Shown here in pieces: positions 51,408 to 64,000 of a DNA stretch of 64,000 nucleotides (its first letter is position 1; the number at the start of each line of letters is the position of its first letter). Below the pieces are notes generated by a model. It was given only the letters and a program-made list of their open reading frames with translations. It was not told the DNA's origin and made no database searches. The DNA comes from Isurus oxyrinchus. Taxonomy: Eukaryota. The DNA lies in assembly GCA_026770705.1 (NCBI GenBank), contig JANJGN010000001.1, positions 194,184,001 to 194,248,000 on the forward strand, in the 5' to 3' direction. The position numbers were made by a program, and so were the translations under genes.

Positions 51408-53864
51408 TTTGTTTAAAATTAATTCACGGGATGTGGGCATCACTGGCTGGACCAGCATTTATTGCCCATCCCTAATTGCCCTTGAGAAGGTGGCGGTGAG
51501 TGGCCTTTTTGAACCGCTGTAGTCCATGTGTTGTAGGTACACCCTCAGTGCTGTTAGGGAGGGAGTTCCAGGATTTTGACCTAACGACAGTGAAGGAATG
51601 GCGATATATTTCCAAGTCAGGATGGTGAGTGACTTGGGCGGGGGGACTTCCAGGTGGTCGTGTTCCCATCTATCTGCTTCCCTTGTCCTTCTAGATGGTA
51701 GTGGTCATGGTTTTGGAAGATGCTGTCAAAGGAGCCATGGTGAATTCTTGCAGTGCATCTCGTAGATGGTACACACTGCGCTACTGTGCGTTGGTGGTGG
51801 AGGGAATGAATGTTTGTGAAAGTGGTGCTAATCAAAAAGACTGCTTTCTCCTGAACAGTGTCAAGCTTCTTGAGTGTTGTAGGAGCTGCACTCAGCCAGG
51901 CAAGTGGGGAGTATTCCATCACACTGCTGGATTGTGTCCTGTAGATGGTGGATAGGCTTTGGGGAGTCAGGAGGTGAGTCACTCATCACTGGCCAGTCCA
52001 GTTCAGTTTCTAGTTGATGGTAATCCCCAGGATGTTGATAGTGGGGGATTCAGCGAAGGTAGTGCCATTGAATGTCAAGGGGTGATGGTTGGATTCTCTC
52101 TTGTTGGAGATGGTCATTGCCGGACACTTGTATGGCGTGAATGTTACTTGCCACTTGTCAACCCAAACCTGGATACTGTCCAGGTCTTGCTGCATTTGGA
52201 CATGGGCTGCTTCAGTATCTGAGGAGATGGGAATGATGCTTAACATTGTGCAATCATCAGTGAGCATCTCCACTTCTGACTGGAGCTGAGATGACTGACC
52301 TCCAACAACCACAACCATCTTCCTTTGTGCTAGGTATGACTCCAACCAGTGGACCATTTTCCCCCTGATTCCCATTGATTCCCGTTTTTCTAGGGCTCCT
52401 TGATGCCACACTGTCAAATGCAGCCGTGATGTCAAGGGAAGTCATTCTCACCTCACCTCGGGAGTTCAGCTCTTTTGTCCATGTTTGAACAAAGACCGTA
52501 ATGAGAACTGAGTGGCCCTGGAGCAACTCAATCTGGGCATCAGTGTTGATGGCCCCTTCCATTACTTTACTGATGATCAAGAGTAGACTGATGGGTCTGT
52601 AATTGGCCGCATTTTACCTGTCCAGCTTTTTGAGTACAGGACACACCTGGGCAATTTTCCACATAGCCGGGTAGATGCCACTGTTGAAGCTGTGCTCAAA
52701 CAGCTTGGCTAGGGGCCTGGCAAGTCCTGGAGCACAAGTCTTCAGTATTATTGCCAAAACATTTTCAGGGCCCACAGCCTTTGCAGTATCCAATGCCTTC
52801 TGCCATTTCTTGATATCAGATGGAGTGAATCGAATTGGCTGAAAACTGCCATCTGTAATGCTGGGGAACATCCACTCAGCACTTCTGGCTGAAGACTTAG
52901 CAAATGCTTCAGTCTTATCTTTTGCGCTGATGTGCTGGGCTCCTTCATCATTGAGGATGCGGATATCTGTGGAGCCTCCTCCTCCAGTGGGTTGTTTAAT
53001 TGTCCACCACCATTTATGAACGGATGTTGCAGGACTGCAGAGCTTAGATTTGATCTGTTGGCTGTGGGATCATTTAGCACTGTCTATCACTTGCTACTTA
53101 TGCTTTTTGGCATGCAAGTCGTCCTGTGTTATTGCTTCACCAGGTTGATAACTCATTTTTAGGTATGCCTGGTGCTGCTCTTGCACTCTTCATTGAACCA
53201 GGGTTGATTCCTTGGCTTGATGGTAATGTTGGAATGGGAGATATGTCAGGCCATGAGTTTACAGATTGTGTTTGAGTACAATTCTGCTGCTACTGATGAC
53301 CCACAGCGGCTCATGGATGCCCAGTCCTGAGTTGCTAGATCTTTTCAAAATCTATCCCATTTAGCACGGTGGTAGTGCCACACAACACAATGGAGCGTAT
53401 CCTCAATGTGAAGGCCGGACTCCAACTCCGCAACAACTGTATGGTGGTCACTCCTACCAATACAGTCATGGTCAGATGCATCTGTGGCAGGCAGGTTGAT
53501 GAGAATGATGCCAAGCATGTTTTTCCCTCTTGTTGGTTCCATCACTACCTGCCGCAGACCCAGTCTAGCAGATTTAGGACTTGGTCAGTAGTGGTGCTAC
53601 CGAGCCATTCTTGGCGATGTACTTTCAAGTCCCCCACAATGGAAAATTCTGTGCAATTGCTGCCCTGAGTGCTTCCTCCAAGTGATGTTCAACATGGAGG
53701 AGCACTGATTCATCAGCTGAGGGAGGGTGGTATGTGGTAGGAGGGTTGCATGTCCATGTTTGACCTGATGCCATGAGACTCCTTAGGGTCAGGTATCGAT
53801 GTTGAGGGCTCCCAGGGCAACTCGCTCCTGACTATATACCACTGTGCCACCACCTCTGCTGGGT
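51408..53864 (-). mobile_element. LINE family A, long degenerate copy with APE endonuclease and RT remnants
   Basis: EPTRGKNML..IGRSDHHTV (endonuclease), WKIAQVCPV, LTDDC; family A 3' tail at ~51410-51490. Confidence 0.9.
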
Positions 53865-54665
53865 CTACGACAAGATTTCCGTATCTCTCTTTTGCCTTGC
53901 TCACCTTCATTGCTTTCCATTTCTCTCCTGGTGTTTGACATCTTTTGATGATCTGCTTCTATCACTGCTTGTTTGTCCCTACAACCACACCAACCCCCTC
54001 CACTTCTCTCCCCCCACCCAAACCACCCCCACCCCCCACAAACCTTAAACCAGCTTATATTTCACCTCTTCCTTGGATTCACTCAGTTCTGTTGAAGGGT
54101 CATGAGGACTCGAAACGTCAACTCTTTTCTTCTCCGCTGATGCTGCCAGACCTGCTGAGTTTTTCCAGGTAATTCTGTTTTTGTTTTGGATTTCCAGCAT
54201 CCGCAGTTTTTTTGTTTTTATCTCTGTGTTTAATTGACTGCCACTGCTCTTCAAGAAATGCCTACCTTGAAGAAGATTTGTTCGTCTCTGCGACAAGATT
54301 TCCGTATCTCTCTTTTGCCTTGTTCACCTTCATTGCTTTCCATTTCTCTCCTGGTGTTTGACATCTTTTGATGATCTGCTTCTATCACTGCTTGTTTGTC
54401 CCTACAACCACACCAACCCCCTCCACTTCTCTCCCCCGACCCAAACCCACCCCCCCCCCCCCCCCACCTCACCCCACACACCTTAAACCAGCTTATATTT
54501 CACCCCTTCCTTGGATTAACTCAGTTCTGTTGAAAGGTCATGAGGACTCGAAACGTCAACTCTTTTCTTCTCCGCCGATGCTGCCAGATCTGCTGAATTT
54601 TTCCAGGTAATTCTGTTTTCATTTTGGATTTCCAGCATCTGCAGTTTTTTTGTTTTTAGTCTGTG
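53865..54665 (+). repeat. Tandem (~1.9 units, 423-438 bp) Penelope-derived hammerhead-bearing repeat
   Basis: Units start at 53865 and 54288; CTGTTGA cores at 54089 and 54527; near-identical apart from a C-rich tract. Confidence 0.85.
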
Positions 54666-55009
54666 AGACAGCTCTCCCAATTTTGGCACTAGACCCCAGA
54701 GTGCCAGCCACCTCGTGTGTCTCTACCTCTGCCTACTGTGGAACATATTGTGTGTTGTGCTCACCAGATAGTGCATCTGAGCCTGCTGTATGTGAAAGGT
54801 CCCACTGGGGTGTGCCACTGTGCTAGTGGGAGGGTGTCGGTGAGCGTTGTGACAGGTCTTTGAGGGTTCTGCCCTCAGGGTCCTGATCTGAGATACTATT
54901 GGCACTCGAGTCATGGCCAAGGTTGCTCAGGACAATGTGGCAGCTATGCCTATGAGGGAAAGTGGAGATTATTAACGCTTGGCAGCCACAGTACACAGCA
55001 CAGTGGATT

Positions 55010-55230
55010 TTTAAAAAATTCATTTACAGGATGTGGACATCGCTGGCTAAGCCAGCATTTATTTCCCATCCCTAATTGCCTTTGAGATGGTGATGGAGTG
55101 CTGTCTTCTTAACTCGCTGCAGTTCCTGTGGTGTTGGTACATCCACAGTGCTTTTGGGGTTGGGGGGGGAGTTACATGATTTTGACTCAGCAACAGTGAA
55201 AGAAAGGCAATATAGTTCCAAATCACTGTT
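55010..55230 (-). mobile_element. LINE family A 3' tail fragment
   Basis: ccagcatttatttcccatccctaattgcc (reverse of the family A tail). Confidence 0.7.
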
Positions 55231-56656
55231 GAGTTACCAGAAGGATGATCTGGTGTATGACCCTCACTTGGACGCTTGGTGCCAACTTCACTGTCATTGC
55301 AGAAATGGCCCTCTCCGGCCAGCACTAATGCGCGATCTTCGAAGGGAGTGAGAACCTTGATATCTGGCACTCGACCCCCAGTGATTATGTGCGATCTTGT
55401 CCTGCATAAAGATGGATGGAGAGAGTGTGAGCAAGCCCATGCCAGGCCAAACGCGAAAGTTGCCAGGTGTGCGTGTGTGTGTGTGCTGAGAGGGGCCTTG
55501 GGCAGGATAAGGAAGCTATCTCCAGATGGCCAGATGGAGGTGTGAGGGTGTTCGTGAGAGAGTGAGTGGTGATGTCCCTTGAGCTGGCAGTGAGTGAGTT
55601 GCCAGTGAATGTATGATGGGCTTGTGAGTTGTTACTTTAGAGTGATGAGATGGTTGACTTACCCTGGTGGCGCAGATGAGATTGTTCATCCTCTTTCTGC
55701 ACTGAGTAGCCAACCACTTGTGGACAGCGTTGACAATGACCACCACTTCCCAAGCGAGATTGGTGATGTTGCTGCCCCTCCTTGGCCAGAGCAGTGATAG
55801 AGAACATCACAGCGGTCCTCCACAGCATCAAAAGGCATTCCAAGGATGCACCACTGAATCAGGGGGTTGCAGTCTTCCTGCCTTTCAGGGCCATGTCTTT
55901 TGTGCAGCAGACTTGGGCTGGAAAGACTGAGAGGCGTGTGTGTGGCTACACTTTAAATATGACACTCAAAGTGAAGAAGCAGCAAAGTGACAGCGTGGCG
56001 GGTGAATTGGAGGCCGCCCACCAGCGAAACAGCGTATTTCCCAGGAATGCATTATTAATGAGGCAGGAATGGGACAATATGGCGTGAAAAGCTGCCATAG
56101 CGGCAGGCAGGTAAAATGCCCTTTTTCCCTCCAGCTACCACGCTTAGTGCAAATCTAGGATGATTCTGCCCAGAATTTCAGTGAAACTGATTGGCTTATA
56201 GTGTGACAAGCGCCTGGGAGATTTATGAGGATCCATAGGATCTGCTTCAGTGGCATCTGTCACTTAATTTTGGAGTGTGGTGTGTCTGACCACAGTTCAC
56301 CTATTAGTTTACATGTACTGCATACTTAACCTGGATATTAAAGCATAAGGTAGATACTGTAAATAGTGCTAACTTTATGAATTTGCATGTAATGGTAAAG
56401 ATATAGTCGGGGTGAAGGAATAGTGTGCTTTGACTCATTTACTGGTGCATGTATTTTTTTGTGTAATATAATCCAGTTCATTTCTCTTGTTTAATAAGCG
56501 TTTAATTCTTTGTGTTAAAAGTACCCTAGCAGACTGCTGTGAATGTGTTCAGTAATGCTCTCCACAAACTCTGAAAAAAAAAATTAGGGTCCATCAAGCC
56601 AGGTTTCACTCTGGTATCGGACTTGTCCAGTATTACTGTCAGCTGGGATCGTAGCA

Positions 56657-57190
56657 ACATTTAATTCCCTATTTCCAGAGAGCGACAGGCAGAACAATCA
56701 AACAGTTGCATGAGGATTCTAGGTTTCCTCTTGGTGCTGGGCACCATTGATTACACACACATCATTTTGCAGGTGCACATGTCCATTCTGAGATGTACGA
56801 CAACCAAAGTGGATTCCACTCCTTCAACATTCAACTGGCATACGGACAATATACAGTGAATCATGCAGGTCAATGTCTGATATCCTGGCAACAGTCACAA
56901 TGCCTTTATTCCACAGCAGTCCACTGTACCATTTGCACTTAAGCCACCAAGACAAACCAGAAGGTGACTATTGGGCACCAAGGGCTATCCTTTTAAGACA
57001 TAGCTTATGACTCAATGCACAAGCCACGCTTACATGGGTAACATGCATACAACAGAAAATAATGCTAGCACACAAAATTTAAAAAAGAAACCAATTGGGA
57101 TGCCTAGGCTGTTTTGGAGGAGCCCTGCACTACTCAGCAGAGTGGGTGTCAAAATGCATAGTGGTCTGTTGTATGCTGCACAATCTCACC
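56657..57190 (+). pseudogene. HARBI1-like Harbinger transposase, catalytic half
   Basis: GFPLVLGTIDYTHI..GFHSFNIQL..YPGNSHNAFI..LLGTKGYP motifs (DDE core decayed). Confidence 0.8.
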
Positions 57191-58610
57191 AGAATGAAGG
57201 AATGGCAATATAGTTCCAAGTCAGGGTGGTATATGGCTTGGAGGAGAATTCCAGGTAGTGGTGTTCCTATCTATCTGCTGCCCTTGTCCTCCTAGATAGC
57301 AGTGGTTGTGGGTTTGGAAGATGCTATTGAAGGAGCCTTGGTGAATTCCTGCAGTGTATCTTGTAAATGGTAGACACTGCTGCTACTGTGCATTGGTGGT
57401 GGAAGGAGTGAATTTTTGTGGATGCGGTGCCAATTAAGAGGGCTGCTTTGTCCTGGATGGTTTCAAGCTTCCTGGGTGTTGGGGGAGCTGCACTCATCCA
57501 GGCAAGCAGAGAGTATTCCATCACACTCCTGACTTGTAGATGATGGACAGACTTTGGGCAGTCAGGAGGTGAGTTATTGCTACAAAATTCCCAGCCTCTG
57601 ACCAGCTCTTGTAGCCACAGTATTTATATGGCTAGTCCAGTTCAGTTTCTAGTCAATGGTAACCCCCAGGATGTTTATGTGTGTTGCCCAGGTTAGTGGC
57701 AGTGGTGGATTCTGAACACTGGTACTGAACATCATGCAATCATCAGTGAACATCCTCATTTCTGACATTATTGAGGGAAGGTCTTTGATGAAGCAGTTAT
57801 AGATGATTGGGTCTAGGACACTACCCTGAGGAACTCCTGCAATGATATCCTGCGACTGAAATGATTGACCTCCAACAAACACAATCATCTGCCTTGGGCT
57901 ACTTATGCCTCCAACCGGTGGTGAGCTTTCTCCCGATTCCCATTAACATCAATTTGTTAGGGCTCCTTTGACTCAGTCAAGTAGTGCCTTGCTGTCGAGG
58001 ATGATCATTCTCACCTCCACTCTTATGTACAGCTCTTCTGTTTATGTTTGGACCAAGGCTGTACTGAGGTCTAGAGCTGAATGGCCCTGGCAGAACCCAA
58101 ATTGAGCATCAGTGAGCAGGTCCTTGCTGTGTAAGTGCCACTTGATAGCGCTGTCAATGACACCTTCTATCATTTTGCTAATGATAGAGAGTAGACTGAT
58201 AGGGCAGTAATTGGCTAGATTGGATTTTTCCTGCTTTTTTGTGGACAGGAGAAATTTTCCACATGGTCAGCTAAATGCCAGTGTTGTACTATAAAAGCTT
58301 GGCTAGGGACACAGCTAGTTCTGGAGCACAAGTCTTCAGTACAGGTCCTGCAGCTGGGTTGTTGTCAGGGCCAACATTTCTGTATCTGTTGTCTTCAGCC
58401 ATTTCTTGGTATCAAGAAACAGAGTGAATCAAATTGGCTGATGAATGGCATCTATGATGTTGGGGACCTCAGGAGGATGCTGAGGTGAATCAATCACATG
58501 GCACTTCTGGCTGAAGATGGTTGCTGGTGCTTCAGCCTTGTCTTTTGTGCTGCTCTGCTGGGATCCCCATCATTGAAGATGGAGATATTTGTTGAGCCAC
58601 CTCCTCCAGT
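57190..58610 (-). mobile_element. LINE family A fragment
   Basis: MEYSLLAWMSAAP, GVPQGSVLDP, MFTDDC motifs. Confidence 0.85.
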
Positions 58611-61134
58611 TGTTAACTGTCAGCCTTTACTAACAAAATTATAGCAAAAAATAACGTCAGAAAATGTGGTGATTCAGAGTTAAGCCTATTTTTGTTATTT
58701 TTTTTCTATTAATACATGAACTTAATTTAGCTATTTTATTGATTAAGTATGCAAATTAGACATTCTAGCAGAGACACTAGACAATTTGCCAAGAATTTGA
58801 TTTTAAAATGCTGAATTGTCATCTTGCAACTCCGAATAGTTTTTATTTCAGGCAATTTTTTAAATAAAAGTTCTTTAGGTAAAAAAGATTTCCAACCCCA
58901 TTGCTACTCTCTTGCTAGAGCTCACTGTGGAAGACCATTTAGCACTGGCTGCATGGAGTAACCACGTAAATTAGCAGGACAGCACAAAGTTTGCATGCTG
59001 CTTGCATTTGAACTATCGGCTTAGGCTATTCAGGCATCACAATCCCTGCACCTGTTTTCACAGGGGGGCTATAGAGATCTATCCCCACAGAGGATGACTT
59101 TCCCTGTTTCCCCAAGTATAAGTCAGCCAGTGCACTGTTGAAATGTACTCAGGAACACAAACCTGGACCATTCTTAATGAGTCTGTCTGAGGTTGCATCT
59201 ATTTGTTTAAATGGACTGGAAAATGGTTATTTATGACTGTGAAATCCTCACTCTTTGTCATTTCTCAATGCGTCCTTCACAGGTGATGGCCTTATTTGAA
59301 AGTGCATAAAATGAACATCTGGCCATTGTTCATTTTTGTTCTCTTCTTTACATAACATTTATAAGCAAAACATTCATAAGAAATGATGATGAAAATCTAG
59401 CCCCACTTGCTTTTCCCTTATTTCTTAAAGATGTTAATTGCCATAAAAGGGACTTTGGGGCAGAATATGAGAACAAGAATTACCAATGTTGAGACGTAAC
59501 ATTTCACACCAAGTCAGTGTTGTGGGTGCTGCCTTATTGGTAAAGGTGCTTTTACAGGCATCACGAGTGGCCACTTTGCACATGGCAAGCCCAATAACTG
59601 ATTCAGGTACCCGAAATGACATTGGTTGACAATCTGCGGAGCAGTCATGGAATTCTCTACTCAGAAGTTTTCAGTGGCTATCAATGAAATGCGGTATGGT
59701 CCACTCAGTGGCTGTTGCAATGGAGCCAGGAGGAGCAGCAGGGCCACCCTGACTCCACATTGCTCTCAAACAACCATGCAAACCCCCTTCACCCACCAAC
59801 ACACTGTTCTGCAATCTAACATTCATCTTTGATAAAGTGTCGAGTTGACTGGGAGGAAAGACAGGCACCAGCAGCTCACCTAAGTTAAGCAAATTAGGTC
59901 CAAAGACTAACCTAAGGAGGCTTCAGGCCTCCTGCTTGGGGTACACACTTTTGCCAGGCAGATATTTATGAGCCAGAACCAATTTTCATCCCTCCTGCTG
60001 AGACTCTCTTCTACAAATTCACTGCATTATGACAAATATTTCAAATGGTTGAAGCGTCGTAATTTTATATACCCTCTAGTTTTGAATCCACAATAACGGT
60101 AAAATATTTAACTTCTTTCTATTAAGAAAAACCTGCATCATATCACCCAACATTTCTTTCTTCAATTAAAACATGTACAGTTGTATAAATTTCAATGCAT
60201 AACTTAACAAGCTCTACATCCTGGTGTCACCCATGTCAATCTTCTCAGAACCCTTTCCAATGCATCCAAGTACTTTTAAAGATAAAAAATTCAAATTCTA
60301 CAAGAGTTTTGTCGTTTTCTCTGGAGTTACAATTGATGGAAATCCCATGCATCCACTGGGTGCTTAAAACTTAACATAAGTTGCCTGACCAATGAAATAT
60401 CAGCAAAAATTATTATGACTTTTGATTGACTGGCTTTGAGAAGTATTACCTTGTTGGCAATACTAAACATAAACAGTGTACAGTCATTGATCACATTCAA
60501 TTGACTTTTCTTGCTGCCTTTAATAAAAGGTACCCTGTTAACATAACCAGGAATTTCTTCAGTTCTTCATGTGATGATAAGGCAATATGACAGTGTCTCA
60601 AAATTGCTTCATATAATTAATTGCTTTTGAAGTGCACTGAATGTTATGTGGAAAGCAAAACAGCCATGCAGCAACAGCAACATCCAGAAATAGATATGAC
60701 AATGTGTTTTTTGTGTTAATGATTGAGGAACATATGTTAGCCAGGGCAGTGGGAGAACTCTTGTAGTACATAATTTAACAGTCCTTGTGGTTCCTACTAA
60801 ATGCGTATAACTCCAGTGCAGTTCAAAACCATGGTTTAAAAGTAGCTGAGTGGTCCATTGAACTCGTGGAGCCTTTATAGAATTACTTTTTAATCTTCTT
60901 AACTTTAAGAGCAAATCTAGGCTCCTGCCTGCTTTCACACCGTTAAATATTAACTAACTGGATAACAAAGCTCTGCATAATCCTCAAACGAACCAACACA
61001 GAGGTTGTGTGTCACTTTTTTTATTGATTCAGGGGATTTGGCCATTGCTGGCAATGCCAGCATTTATTTCTCATCATTAATTGCCCTTGAGAAAGTGGAG
61101 GTGAGCCACTTTTTTGAACAGCAGCAGCCCATAT

Positions 61135-63168
61135 TGAAATTCTAAGGGAACCATCCATGGTTAAATAAAGATACTAAGGAAAGCATCAAACTTAAGGAAA
61201 AAAAATACAACTCCACAAAGATGAGTGGCAGGACAAGTGATTGGAAAGAATATAAAGAATTGCAGAGAATGACTAAAAGGTTAATCAGGAAAAATAAATT
61301 AGAGTATGAGAGGAAGCTAGCTAGAAATGTGAAAACAGATATCAAGAGTTTCTGCAGGTATTTATGAACGGAATAAGTAAGTAAAGTGAGTGTTGGTCCT
61401 CTAGAGAGTGACAATGGGGAGTTAATAGTAGATAATAAGGGAATGGTGGAAGAAATGAGCAAATATTTAGCTTCTGTGTTCACTATAGAGGATACAAAAA
61501 ACATTGTAGTAATAGCTGCAAATCAGGAGGTGAAAGGGAGAAAGGAACCTGGTGAAATTGAAATCACTAGGGAAACAGTACTGAGAAAACTGATAGAGCT
61601 GCAGGCTGGCAAGTTGTGGATCCCAATGGACTACATCTTCGGGTCTTAAAAGAGGCAGCTAATGAGGTAGTTGATGCACTGGTGTTAATTTTCCAAAATT
61701 TGTTAGATTCTGGAAAAGTTCCATCAGATTGGAAAGTAGCAAATATAAGCCCTCTATTCAAGAAGGGAGGGAGGCAGAAAACATGAAACTATAGGCCAGT
61801 TAGCTTGATGTCTGTCATGGGGAAGTTATTAAATCAAACATTAAGGAGGTTATAGCTGGGCACTTAGAAGAGCTCAAGGCAATAGGGAAGAGTAAGTATG
61901 GTTTTGTGAAAGGAAAATCATGTTTAACCAATTTATTGGAGTTTTTTGAAGGAGTAACATGTGTTGTGGATAAAGGGGAGCCTCTAGATGTACTGTATTT
62001 GGATTTCCAGAAGGCATTTGATAAGGTGCCACGTCAAAGATTATTATGGAAAATAAAAGTGCATGGTGTAGTGGGTAACATATTAGCATGGATGGAAGTT
62101 TGGTTGGCTGATAGAAAGCAGAGAGTATGCATAAATGGGCCTTTTTCTGATTGGCAGGATGTGACGAGTGGCGTCCCACAGGGGTCTGTACTGTACTTTT
62201 TAGGATTTACATCAATGACTTAGATGAGGGGAGTTAGCTAAATTTGCAGGTGACACAAAGATAGGTAGGAAAGTATATTGTGAAAAGGACATGAGATTGC
62301 AGATGGATGTAGGTAGGTTGAGTGAGTGGGCAAAGATCTGGTAAATGGAGTTTAATGTGGGAAAATGTGAAGTTGTTCACTTTGGCAGGAAGAACTATAA
62401 AGCGGAGTATTACTTAAATGGAGAACAGCTGCATGATTCTGAGGTGCAGAGAGATCTAGATGTTCTAGTACATGAGTTACAAGAAGTTAGCATGCAGGTA
62501 CAGCAAGTAATTAAAAAGGATAATAGAATGCTATCCTTTATTATGAGAGGGATTGAACATAAAAGTTAGGATGTTATGCTTCAGTTATACAGGGCATTGG
62601 TGAAACCGCACCTCGAATACTGTGGACAGTTTTGGTCTCCTTATTTAAGGAAGGATGTAAATGCATTGGAGGCAGTTCAAAGAAGGTTTACTAGATTACT
62701 ACCTGGAATGAGTGGGTTGTCTTATGAGGAAAGGTTGGACAGGCTGTTTCCACTGGATTTTCAAAGAGTGAGTGGCGATTTGATTGAAATATACAAGAAA
62801 CTGAACGGCCTTGACAAGGTGGCCCTCAAAAGGATATTTCCACTTGTTGGCGAGTCTAAAGCTACAGGTCCCTGTTTTAAAAGGGTTTGCCCTTTTAAGA
62901 CAGAGATGAGGAGAATTTTTTTCTCTCAGAGGGTTTTGCGACTTTGGAATTCTCTGCCTCAGGAAGCGGTGGGGGCAGGGTCACTGAATATTTTTAAGGC
63001 AGAGGTAGATAGATTCTTGTTAGGCAACGGAATCAAAGATTATCGGGGTTAGATGGGAATATGGAAATCGAAACACAAGAAGATCAGCTGTGATCTTATT
63101 GAATGGCAGAGCAGGCTGAAGGAGCCAAATGGTCCTGTTCCTCTTTCATATGTTCTTATTTTCTTATG
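61135..63168 (+). mobile_element. CR1-type LINE (RT region to 3' tail) nested in a - strand family A LINE
   Basis: KGKSCLTNLLEFFE, YLDFQKAFDKVP, GVPQGSV, LYRALVKPHLEYC..LWNSLPQ; tail ttcatatgttcttat. Confidence 0.92.
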
Positions 63169-64000
63169 TTGTGAATGTACTCCCACTGTGCTGTTAGGGA
63201 GGGTGTGGGAATTTGACCCAGTGACAATGAAGGAGTAATGATACACTTTGAAAGCAAGATGGTGTGTGACTTGGACAGAACATACAGGTGGTGTTATTCC
63301 AATGGGCCTGTTGGCCTTATCTTTCTAGATGAAGGAGTTCACAGTTTTGGAAGGTACTGCTGAAGAATCCTTAGTGAGTTGCTGCATTTCATCATGCAGA
63401 TAGTACTTACTGTTGCCACATGGGAGAGAGAGTCAATATTTAAGGTCGTTGAAGGGGTGCCAATCAAACATGTTTTGTTCTGGATGGTATCAATGTTCTT
63501 GGAGCTGCACTCACCCAGGCAAGTAGAGATAATTCCATCACACTTCTGACTTGTGCATTGGTGATAGTGGACAGGCTCTGGGGAGTCAGGAGGTGAGTTA
63601 ATCGCCTCAGAATTCCCAGCCTCTGACCTGCTCTTGTAGCCACACTATTTATATGGCTGGTCCAGGTTTGGTCAATGGTAAACCCCCAGGATGTTGATAG
63701 TGGAGAATTCAGTGATGGCAATGCCATTGAATGTCAAGGGGAGATGGTTCGATTCTCTCCTGGCGTGAATGTTACATGCCATGTATCAACCCAAGCCTGA
63801 ATGTTGTCCAGAGCTTGTTGTATATGGACAGAGGCTGCTTCAGTATCTGAAGAGTTGAAAATGGCACTGAACACTGTGAGACATCAGCAATCATCCCCAC
63901 TTCTGACGCTATAATGGAGACAAGGTCATTGATGAAAAAATTGAAGATGGCTGGGCCTGAACACTACCCTGAGGAATCCTGCAGTGGCGTTTTGGGGCTG
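63169..64000 (-). mobile_element. LINE family A (its 3' tail lies at ~61015-61130)
   Basis: AGQRLGILRRLTHLLTPQSLSTI..VRSVMELSLLAW peptide; runs off the window end. Confidence 0.85.

Larger units (their letters stand above)
48145..56171 (-). mobile_element. PIF/Harbinger element with 3-bp TSD (AGA): Myb/SANT gene on - (ATG 55894), transposase 3' remnant on + (~48880-49300)
   Basis: GGG-initiated termini flanked by aga; HAATHTLVEQTTGMLKMRFCCLD*FGGALQH..CYTLHNLAL; homologous to 36356-38998. Confidence 0.78.
47473..56656 (+). mobile_element. Probable solo LTR (47473-48144 plus 56172-56656) split by a nested Harbinger
   Basis: TGTGATGA...TCGTAGCA termini, near-TSD GCAT/ACAT; interrupts the transposase reading frame exactly. 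Confidence 0.6.

Noticed and set aside
24900-64000. A neighbouring host gene downstream (e.g. SPAG8, which abuts NPR2 in mammals)
   Set aside because: No exon-like homology recognised; small divergent exons cannot be excluded by eye

Overview
Eukaryotic DNA, most likely from a shark or other cartilaginous fish (inferred from the repeat families). The only host gene I can support is the 3' end of a natriuretic-peptide receptor guanylyl cyclase, most like NPR2/GC-B. It has six intact + strand exons (5593-24485) encoding the whole cyclase domain and stop, followed by poly(A) signals. The rest is a dense collection of decayed transposons: two non-LTR LINE families (CR1-type, and a CR1/L2-group family sharing its tail with a Deu-core tRNA SINE), L2 fragments, PIF/Harbinger elements and MITEs, a Gypsy integrase/LTR remnant and a solo LTR. 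The most unusual signal is a family of short Penelope-like modules carrying a minimal type-I hammerhead ribozyme fold. They occur as ~105-bp insertions with target-site duplication (TSD), as head-to-head palindromes, and as a ~423-438-bp tandem (retrozyme-like) array. One apparently young subfamily consistently has a non-canonical CUGUNGA core (A6U). Repeat boundaries are approximate unless a TSD is given.
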